Shown one piece after another: positions 34,233 through 44,429 of a stretch of 64,000 nucleotides of DNA (position 1 is its first letter; each line of letters opens with the position of its first letter). Both the position numbers and the translations under genes were made by a program. The DNA is from Anthoceros angustus (taxonomy: Eukaryota > Plantae > Anthocerotophyta), in NCBI GenBank assembly GCA_010909165.1, contig MU008216.1, forward strand, positions 1 to 64,000. Direction: 5' to 3'. Under the pieces are notes generated by a model, which was not told the DNA's origin, searched no databases, and saw only the letters and a list, made by a program, of their open reading frames with translations.

Positions 34233-36170
34233 TGAAGAAGGTCCTACTAGTAGGCAAATACTTGAAGGCGTACATCATTTTCCCAATTGTGAATAGCGAG
34301 TGGGTGGCGCCTATTGTGGTGGTACCCAAGAAGCAACCCGGTTATATACGGGTCTGGCAGGATTGGAGGAAGCTCAACGCTGCCACCGAGAAAAATCATT
34401 TTCTGATGCCCTTCGTGGATGACATATTGGACAAGGTGGCAGGGCGGACGGCCTATTCCTTCTTGGATGGCTATTCGGAATACAATCAGCTGCACTTGCG
34501 AGAATCAAATTGGGATAAAACAACGTTCATCACGGAGTGGGGGACGTTTGCATACGAAAGAAGCGCTTTCGGAGTGACCGGAGTGCCGGGGTCCTTCATG
34601 CGAATGGTGACGAACATTTTCCGGGACTTTTTAAGGGACTTTATGGAGGTCTTCCTGGATGATTTCTATGTGCATGGCAAACAAAATAAGCCCGTTGGTC
34701 ATATGAGGAAATGCCTGGAACGTTGCCGAGAGACCCAGCTATGCTTACACGCGGAGAAGTGCTATTTCGGTATGACGAAAGGAATTCTGCGCTGCCGCGA
34801 GACCCAGCTGTGCTTACACCCGGAGAAGTGCTACCTCAAAATGACAGAAGGAATACTGTTGGGTCATCGGGTGTCCGACAAGGGAATTAAGATGGATCAA
34901 GATAAGGTTAAGGTCATTAAGTCTCTCCTACCGCCCACGAATTTGAAGGAACATAGGGGTTCTTGGGTATGGTGAGTTATTATCAAAGGTTCATCAAGGA
35001 CTTTGCCAAATGGGCTGCATCATTCATAGAGCTATTGCGAAAGAAGGAAGAATGGACGTGGTGGCTAGATTGGGAGAAGGCGTTTTCGGGACCTGTAGAG
35101 TACTCTAATAAGTGCACCTATCCTAAAAGGACTGGACTGGGATGGAGGTTTCATGTGTATGTGGATATGTCAGCATTTTCCATTGATGTAGTGTTGAGCC
35201 AAAAGGATGACAAGCGGAAGGACTATCCTATCTATTACGCCAGACGGCAACTCACCAATGTAGAACGCAAGTACACCACCACAGAACGCGAGGTATTAGG
35301 GATGGTGTATGCTATGAAGAAGTATAAGCACTACCTGTTGCCCAGTGAATTCGTGTTTTATGTGAACCATTTCACACTGAAGCACTTGGTGAATAAGGCG
35401 AACCTGTCCGGGAGAATCGACTGGTGGATATTGTTACTGCAGGAGTTCACGTTTGAGGTGGAGATACGACAAGGGCGGCAACATCAAAATGCAGACTTTA
35501 TGTCCTGGCTTAAGACTGAGCTTGTGCTTAAGGACGAGGAAGATGTCTTCCCAGATGAAACCCTTGTGGCGACAGCAGGAATGGAACAGCAAAACGAGTA
35601 GAGCTGCCAAAACCCTAAGCTACTAAATCCCAACTAGATGGCAGACGCGGAGAAGGGGAGTGCCCACTGCGGAAGACCCACATATAACGAGCTAGAATGA
35701 TATCTGTGAAGCATGGACATGCCCACCAACCTGACGCGCAGCCAAGATAGGACCGGACGGAGTGGAGCGACGTTACTTGCACAGGAGGAAACGGAGACCT
35801 AACTAAGAGGAATGCGCAAGGGAGTCAACAGCAGAGTCTGTCCGTGTTGCCACTGCTTCTACCCACCTGGTGTAGTAGTCCGTCACCACCAGGATATACC
35901 TCCTCTGGGTGTGCCTTGTCGTTAGCCTTATTGGCCCAACGAAGTCAATCCCCCATTTTTCGAAGGGTGCAAGTGTCAAAATAGGCACCAACAGCCATTG
36001 TGTTGCTGGGTTGGCTTCCGATCCACGTGCATCACACCGCCAACGAACTGGATATACTTACATATGCTGTAGGGCCACCAAAGAGTCGGCCTTTAGAATC
36101 TTTTTGGCGGTGACCTAGGCTACATAATGTAGTACTGTGGCAGATTTTTTATACGAGAAGATTCGAAGAT
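34233..36170 (+). mobile_element. Ty3/gypsy pol fragment (family X, Athila/Tat-like): RT, RH and partial INT with an internal inversion
   Basis: SEWVAPIVVVPKK, FLDGYSEYNQ, VFLDDF, YVDMSAFSIDVVLSQ..YPIYYARRQL..YTTTEREVL; INT core FEKWGIDFVGP..TDYYTRWVEA on the minus strand at 35830-36125. Confidence 0.88.
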
Positions 36171-37263
36171 TGCAGCGGGAAAGACAACAGGAGCAGAAGA
36201 ATGATAATGTGCCTCGAGATATGCCCACCGCCATCCAGGAAAATCCGTCAGCATCAGTAAGTGTTGTTATGCTCTTTTAAATCAGTTTTAGCAGATTGAA
36301 AACTAATGATTTTGTTCTATTAGGTTGTGACCTTACACGAAGACGGACAATTTCTTCGAAGTCCTCAGCTTCATCACTTTCTAGGCAACTATGATAATGT
36401 TGGACAAGTTGTGCCAATCAAGCCAAGTGGTCGTGAAAATTACATTTTCAATTTGTACAATTGTACAGTCAATTTTCCAAAATAAGGTGAGTATCATTGC
36501 TTAAGTATCTGTGGTTATTACTGAATTTTTCCAGTGTTCCCTAGTTATCAACCTAATTTGTGTTTGGGTGCTAATTTACCTAGACCCTATGTCTCTTCGC
36601 AGCTCTCGGATAGCAGGCGAGGAAATGGAGGACGATGATGAGAGCTCGGCAGAAAGCGAGCTTGGTCCATCGGATGAAGACGAGTGGACGATCCCGGACA
36701 TGTTAGGGCATTCCGATGATGACAAAGTGGATTCTTATGCACAGGGTGAAGAGGGGGATGCAGACCTTTTTTTGGAGTATGCTGTGCCTGGGAATTCCAT
36801 GGATGTAGCAACAGAGCCTTACGAGTGTGAGGTAGTCCCGGGCGCCGCCACGGCGCCGAAAGTGTCGCTGACTCGCCAGGAGTTGCCAACACCGGACCCT
36901 CAGTGGTTTATAGGGTTTGCAAAGGAGGAGGACTCAAGGCGCCACGCACCTGCAAGAGGGGCCGGGGAAGGCCGCTTTTGCCGTTAAATATACTGCTTTA
37001 GTTTGGTTACATTACTACCATTTAGGGTTAGTGGTAGTTATGACAGTTACGTTTTAGTTTTAGGATATATACAATGTGTTCTTCCTTTTCTAATCTAATG
37101 CAAATGTGGTTTCGTGTGTTCGTTTCTATTTGTGCACATGTTAATCCCATAATTTATCATGGTATCAGAGCAGAGTTTAATCTGCTCATTTTGCTCCACT
37201 AAAATTCTGCTGTTTTATTGAATTATGTGAACTTTCTTGATTCTGCTTAAAGATTATGTATTT

Positions 37264-37788
37264 CTTTTTATTCTAATGCATGGTATGATGCCTCGTAGAA
37301 ATTTCTACATGCAATCATGGCTAGCTGATGATAGGGTTGTGGAGAACAAGAAAATTTCTCTACCTATAGAGTCAAATTTTCAAGAAGAATTTGAGAGTTT
37401 GTATTTCAAGCAATCTTTAACTTCTTCTCAACAAGAAGATAGGTTACGATTTCTAAAATATTTTATTTCATCTTATAGACCAGATTACCAGACCAGACCA
37501 GATGTTCATTGTTTATGCTCTCAGGATAGGTCTGGTTTAGATTTAGATTGTAATCCATCTTCCTCAAAACCTTATCATTTTCTTGCTTCTATAGATAATA
37601 ATCCTGAGGCTTTACTTAATTCAGTAGTAAATTTGAAAAGTCTTGTTTTGGAAATTTCCTATAAAGTAGAAATGTTGTCTCATAGGTACGACAAATTACA
37701 GGCATGTAATTCCACTTCTATAGTCAAGAATGTATTAGAATTACATAAGCAGATTAAAGAAATTCAAGCTAAAGGAGTGATGTCCTAA
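37264..37788 (+). CDS. Extra ORF between PBS and gag of Copia C, coiled-coil-like C-terminus
   Basis: Open frame 37237-37788 in AT-rich DNA ending LEISYKVEMLSHRYDKLQ..VLELHKQIKEIQAKGVMS*, 40 nt before the gag ATG; start codon uncertain. Confidence 0.5.
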   Translation, partial: LFILMHGMMPRRNFYMQSWLADDRVVENKKISLPIESNFQEEFESLYFKQSLTSSQQEDRLRFLKYFISSYRPDYQTRPDVHCLCSQDRSGLDLDCNPSSSKPYHFLASIDNNPEALLNSVVNLKSLVLEISYKVEMLSHRYDKLQACNSTSIVKNVLELHKQIKEIQAKGVMS

Positions 37789-37828
37789 TCGCTTCTTCCC
37801 TACTTCTTGAGAATTGCTATCCAACATC

Positions 37829-40800
37829 ATGGCGACAACCATGCATTATAAGAGAAAGATCGCCTAACGCCCCGCCAATTATGATGCTTGGAGTTATAGG
37901 ATAAGAACTATCCTAGAGGAGAAGCAATTAATGGATGTCGTTGATGGAACACTTCCGAACGACACAGATGACTGGGCTCAACTACACCGTGGTACACTGC
38001 TCGACGCAAAGGAAGACGAAACTTGCAAGTCGCACAAGGCCAAAACAATTGATTTCATCAATTTCTCAAGAGATGATTCCGCATGTCAAGTTAACGAAAC
38101 ATTCCAGTGAAGTCTGGTCCTTATTTGCTGAGACGTATGAAGCAAAGGATATGATGACGAAGTGCAACTCGCCTGTAATTTGAGGATGAAAGAAAGTTAT
38201 TTATGTTGAATCTCATGTGGCTAAGTTTCGAGCTGCTCTGCCAAACTCGTGATCTTGTGGAGTTCTTCTCCCGAGTCCAGAGTCAGTCAGCTTGTTGGCA
38301 TCTCTGCCACCTAGCTACGAGCAATGGAGCTCTAGCCAAGCAGTCAGCAGTTATTCCACCACAAATGACTACTCCCCGCAACCACGAATTTGATGCCTGA
38401 GGTTAGTAGGAGCTCTATTACAAGCAGAAGCTAATAGAAAACATATGAAAGCAGGATCCAGTGGAGGGGGCTCATCTCACAAACAATCCGACACTGCTCT
38501 TTATCCTGGCCGTGGAAGAGGAAGAGGCAGGTCGAGGGCGTGGAGGATTTGGACGTGGTCGTGGTGGCGCTTCTCAACCGCCTTCCAATCATGGAAACAA
38601 CTCTACCTCTCATGGTGGGAAGAAGCCCGGCCGCGGTAACCATCAGAATATACCGTGCCACTGCATCAAGGACTGTAGGAAGAGAAAAGCCGACGAGGCT
38701 GCGAAGGGAAAGCAGGCAGAAGGGCATGTAGCAAGAGCCTCCACACCGGGGCTATTGGTGGTTCAGACTCGCTGCGTACACATGACCGGGTTTCTCGGCT
38801 GGAGCCGCCTAACTATATGTGTGCACAATTCAAGGGGCTTTGTGACTTATCTACCTGCACCAACTTGTCACAAATCAGCGGTGTCATTAGGAGACAATTC
38901 AGAAATCCCCATCAAAGGAGCGGGAACAGTAGAAGTTGCCCTGACTGGTGGAGGAACTCTTAGGCTAGAGAATACGTTGCACATGCCGCTGTTGGCTAAA
39001 AACTTGGTCAGCACGATGGCACTTGGCAAGACTGGCCTTTACAGGATCACCTTTGAAGGGACTTCATGTGTGATCTCCATGATGGACTCTCCTACAACAG
39101 TTATAGCTCGGGGATCTCCCTTGTATGACTTGTATCTGCTGGATTTTATCCCACTTGCTTCACATCCTACAAATATAGCTCGGATCTCCCTTGTATGACT
39201 TGTATCTGCTGGATTTTATCCCACTTGCTTCACATCCTACAGCACATGCCACAGGAGTTAAGATGGCTGTGAGCAAAGCATTTCGATGGCACTGCCGGTT
39301 AGGCCATCCGAATATTCAGGCGATGAGAAGATTACTAAAAGAGAATATGGTGACAGGATTTGCAGAATCCGAGTTACCTGACATGGAGTTGTGTGTGGCC
39401 TGCGTACATGGGAAACAGTTTAAGTCTCATTTCGGCAGTGGCAAGCCACGGAAGGAGACAGACACTCTTGATTTGATTCATTCCGACATCTGTGGACCCA
39501 TGTCTGTTCCTTCCTGAGGAGGAGCTCGCTATTTTGTAGTCTTTGAAGATGACAAGACCCACTTCACGGTCACTGAGCTCCTGCAACATAAGAGTGAAGT
39601 ATTTGATAGTTTTAAAAGGTATCTTGCATATGCAGAGCGTCAGACTGGCCAGCAGTTGAAGTGCATCAGGTCTGACAATGCCAAAGAGTATCTTTCTACT
39701 ACTTTTCAACAGTTTTGTCAAGACAAAGGCATTACACGGCAGCTCACTATCCCTTACCATTCAGACATGAATGGTCGTGCTGAGAGAAGACATCGCACTA
39801 TTCAAGATGCCGCCGCTTCTATTGTTTCGTGGAGGTCACTGCTGCTTTTTGGGCCGAGGCCCTAAGTTATGGCATATCCGCAGTATCAGATCGCAGCCAT
39901 CTCTTCGTGGAGTAACTCCCTTTGAAGCTTGGACGGGTGTCAAGCCTGATCTGGATCATCTTCGTGTTTTTGGGAGCATCGCATATGCTCATATTCCTGA
40001 CAAACTGCGACAGAAGTTTTCTTATAAATCCAAGAGACACATCTTTATTGGGTACACAACTGGAATTCATGGGTACAAACTCTTTGATCCTACCTCTCGC
40101 AGAGTCGTTCATGCTAGGATCGCTGTTTTTATGAACGCCCAAAGGTTGCGTCAGACCCGGGCTGATCCAAATGATCTGTAATTCCGCTTAGAACCCCGCC
40201 TGTATGTAGAACCCGAGTGAGAAGGTGATTTAGACGTTGCTGAATTCCCTACCCTTGATCCTTCCTTTCTCCCGGCTATTGTTCCCCATGCTGGTCCTGA
40301 TGCAGTAGCTGATGATGTTGCTGATCTTATCCCGCCGGATTTCGTTGATCAGCCCCTTAGCCCTATTCCAGCTCCTCCTCACGATCTTGCCCCTCCTCTC
40401 CCTCAAGACGATTTTGGAGTTGATGATCCTGTCGAGTATGTCATGCCTCTTCCTGAGTCTCCAAATTTTCTTCGGCTCGCACGCACCATTGCACTCTGAT
40501 CTGGCCGGAGCAACCCACAAACCCGGTGACTGATTGGTCGCCGGATCAGCCCTGCCTCGCCCCGTGGCCTGGCGTCGAGACTTCAGTTGAGACTGTTCAT
40601 CTTGCCGTCAATCCTGGTTACGAGCCACAATCTTATCAGGAGGCCGTTCAAGGGCCTGAATCTCAGCAGTGGAAGGAAGCAATCAAATCTGAGTATGATT
40701 CACTTCTTACTACTGGCACTTGGGAGCTTTGCAGACCCCCTACGGGGAGGAAAATTGTGAGTAGTAAGTGGGTCTTCAAGCTCAAGTATCGGGCAGACGG

Positions 40801-42160
40801 GTCAATTGCTCGCTCTAAGGCACGGCTTGTTGCTCGAGGTTTTTCTCAAGTTCCTGGCTTGACTACTATGACACCTTTTCTCCTGTAGTCAAAGCCCAGT
40901 CCCTTAGAGTGCTGTTTGCTATGTCCGCCTTTTTCTCCTTGTTCCTTCATCAGATGGATGTGAAGACGGCCTTTCTTCATGGTCGCTTGGAGGAAGAAAT
41001 CTACATGCAACAGCCGGAGGGGCATGAGATTTCTGGTAAGGAAGATTGGGCGTGTAGGCTGCTCAAGACAATATATGGTCTGAAACAGAGTCCAAGAGCA
41101 TGGTATGCATGTATTGATGAGTTCTTACAGGACCTTGGTTTTGAGAAGTCGACGGCCGCTTCCAATGTGTACTTGCTCCAGGATGCTGATGGTTTTGTCA
41201 TCCTAGCTCTTTATGTAGATGACTGCATTCTTCTCGGCACTGACCTGTCAAGAATAGAGAGGATTAAAGGTCTGTTGTTAGGAAGGTTTGAGATGGTAGA
41301 TGTAGGTGAGCTTTCCTACTGTCTAGGCACTCAACTTCTACGGAACTCAGAGACTGGGCAGCTAGTTATTTATCAAGAGAAGTATATCTTTGATATGTTG
41401 TTCAAGTATAAGCTTATGGAGGCTAAACCTGCTGCCACCCCTATGGAGGCTGGTTGTAAATTGCTTAAGGAGCAATCACCTCAAACAGACGCTATGGCTC
41501 TGAAGCGAAGGACCCATGTTCCGTATGCTCAGAAGGTCTTTGATTGCTCCAATCATACTCGCCGATATCTCTTCCGCTAGCATGGCCTCTCGCTTTGAAG
41601 GACCTCGGGAAGTTCAACGTCACCGCTAAACGAATTTTGCATTATTTGAAGGGAACCAGCAAGCATGGAATTCACTATGCGAAGCAGACTAAGGGTGAGG
41701 AAGCAATTGGTTGGCTACGACGCCGATTGGGCTTCTCACCTTATACTAGGAAGCCGGGTATGCGTTTATGCCGGAGGTGTCATACTGTCGCCCAAGAAAC
41801 ACCCATCGCTCCGTTTCTACGGAAGCTGAATATGCTGCACTTACACAAGCTGCGAAAGAAGGCATCTGGTTGAGGCGTTTGCTTAAAGACATTGGTCAGG
41901 AGCAGACTCAATCGACACTCATCTACTGTGACAACCAGTCAGCACTTACCCTTGCACAGAACCCAGTTTTCCATGCTCAAACAAAACATATTGAGGTTCA
42001 TCATCATTTCATCCGTGATGCTGTGAGCTCAAGTCAGATCTGTCTTGAGTATGTCCCTATAGACTCTAATGCAGCTGACCTGCTTACAAAAGCTCTACCT
42101 AAGTTGAAGCATAACCAGTTCAAAGAGATGCTTGGAGTCTTGGACTCCAGTGGCATATGA
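37829..42160 (+). pseudogene. Copia C gag-pol, frameshifted as assembled
   Basis: WHCRLGHPN, LDLIHSDICGP, KCIRSDNAKEY, SKWVFKLKYRADGSIARSKARLVARG, HQMDVKTAFLHG, LALYVDD, STEAEYAA, TKHIEVHHHFIRD, ADLLTKALP. Confidence 0.92.
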
Positions 42161-42227
42161 ATTTATGCTACCTTAGAAAGGACTGATTGTGGTGTGTTGC
42201 TAGCAGGATATGCCTACTTCCATGTGT

Positions 42228-43235
42228 TCAAGAAGTGTCAGACCCTGAGCTAGTGTCTTCAAAGAACAGTGATCTTCTGTCTTCCCTTCTCCTCCGTAGT
42301 ATCTCGAGGTAGTTTGGGTCGAAGTCATGCTCTGGCTCTTCCTCAATGTCTTCGTCGTCGGTAGCATAGACTACTCCTGCTTCTTCATACAATTTGTCTC
42401 TAGACACTGCACACCGCAACACATAGCGTTGTTAGTTTGTCAGTCAAGAATTACTTCAGTTTTCTCAAACCACAACAACAGTGGGAGGTCTCAGAGTGCT
42501 GAAGAAACTCACTGTAAAAGGAGATGAAGTTCCCACTAGATCCTCCCCACCTGTACCAGTTCTCATGGATCATAGCAATTCCCGTTTCAGTGCAGGTGTA
42601 CACTTCTGGAGTTAGAGGATCATTCACGCCGTCACCGTCGGTCACAAGCCTAACAGTTTTCTTAGGGTGTCCTCTAGGCAGTGTGAAAGGTCTGCCCCTG
42701 TAGCTCATAGGGAGGACCACTCTGTCTTCAGCCTGTTGAGGAGGCACAACAACGTTGCTCAAAGGACCACAAGTAGAGATAAAGTTATGACTGACAGGAG
42801 GACCGACTCTGGGCGCTTGGTTAGCAACAGGAACAGCTGGAAGGCCGTTTCTTCCTCTGAGCTCGTCAATTTCTCTTCTGAGCTCAATCTCTTGCAACTC
42901 AAGCTGATTCACCCGGTTCTTCCAGTACTGGTTCATGCGGCGGCTCTCCCTCCTCGTCTGATGCATCCACTTAGGTGTTCGTCCATGCCTTGGACAATAT
43001 GGCGGCCGTAAGTATACAACCGGTGTTCTCGTTCGAGCATATGCCGGCAAAGCGTGTGCAGTGGCGCTCTCGAGGCTGGCGCTGGGGAGCAGCAGCCTCA
43101 ACCCGACTTTGTCTGCGGCATGGGCCTCTTCGCTCACTGGTTGAGGGTGGCTCCATCACCCTCGCTCTCTTCCGAATCAGATACGGGTATGGGCTCACTT
43201 GAGGTACCAGTGGCAACTATGCTTCTCGACGCCAT
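42228..43235 (-). CDS. Antisense extra ORF of Copia C (unknown function), 1-2 apparent frameshifts
   Basis: ATG at 43235 (MASRSIVATG..); ORFs 42451-43137 and 42228-42422; PPYCPRH, a coiled coil, DGDGVNDPLTPEVYTC..ENWYRWGGSSGNFIS and EHDFDPN are shared with Copia A. Confidence 0.72.
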
Positions 43236-44429
43236 CTTGTGCAGAGTGAAACTCGCGAATTCTTGCTTTGAGGCTGAGCACAAGCAAGTTTTGAAGGTGC
43301 TGCTTTGAAGTCTGCACGCGCTGAGGATGATGGGAGTAACCCGTGGTTTTTGGGCGGCTTGCGGTCATGATGATGTGTACGCCAGGGTTTAAGCTTGGGG
43401 TTTTGTCTGAACCCGTTCGTTTAGTATACTTTCTTTTATGAGCTCTACTCAGCTAAATGTTAGCAATGAGTGGGAGTGTTAAATATACTGCTTTAGTTTG
43501 GTTACATTACTACCATTTAGGGTTAGTGGTAGTTATGACAGGTACGTTTCAGTTTTAGGATATATACAATGTGTTCTTCCTTTTCTAATCTAATGCAAAT
43601 GTGGTTTCGTGTGTTCGTTTCTATTTGTGCACATGTTAATCCCATAATTTATCAGGCTGCAACCTGTCCAGGGGGAGAAGAAGGGCGCCGGCCGGCCGGC
43701 GCCCTTCGAGGTGTTGTGGTGGGTTCAACCTCTGCCCACAGGTCGGGCTCACAGCGAGAGGTCATGCAAGAAGGGAGGAAGAGCGCCGGCCGGCTGGCGC
43801 CCCAGGAGAAGGATCCTCTCACGAGCAGCATGTGGAAAGTGGGGAAGTGAGGGAGGGGGCACGGCCGGCGAGGTCCGATGCAATGGACATGGCGGTTGGG
43901 GAATGCGATTACCAAGCTGTTCATGGCAAGGGAAAAGGGAAAGGACTACCCCTACAGATCACGACTTCACGGAAGAGGGCCCATAGCGATGAGCAGGGTC
44001 CTCAGAAGAAAAGGAAAAAGTCTAGAACCGATGGGAGCTTAGACGAGAGGGCGGCACCCATAGCAAATGTTCATGTCCCAACGGATGAGGAGAGGTTGGA
44101 AGCAGCGGTGAGAGATGAAGACCCTTTAACCCGTGTAAGGGAATTGGCGTATGCGAAGAAAGTTGTTCCCGAGACAAAGGCCGGTGAAGCCGAGAATCTA
44201 AGGCTGGCCACATATCACCTGCATGATGATACTAAGCTTGACGAAGCATGGACGAATTACTTGGCCCGGGTCATATCGAAAGGGAGAATAGAGGAAGGAG
44301 TATTGCCTCTATTGTGTATGATAGACCCGGCGGAATGCGATAAGGAAGCACTGGAATGGCAACGATTTAGGGCAAAAAAATATGTCATGGGAGTTCTTGG
44401 TGGGAATCACAGAGGGATACACCTCTGCT

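Larger units (their letters stand above)
36982..43654 (+). mobile_element. Ty1/copia element C, full length, with extra ORFs on both sides of gag-pol
   Basis: 178-bp LTRs 36982-37159 and 43477-43654 (3 differences); PBS TGGTATCAGAGC 37160-37171; PPT GAGTGGGAG 43468-43476; gag-PR-INT-RT-RH order. No perfect TSD seen. Confidence 0.95.

Noticed and set aside
42228-43235. env-like (SIRE) interpretation of the 3' extra ORF
   Set aside because: It is antisense to pol and has no clear transmembrane segment, and the LTRs are far shorter than SIRE LTRs.
36977-43659. TSD for Copia C
   Set aside because: Flanks are TTTGC and GGCTG, not a perfect 5-bp duplication, so none is claimed.
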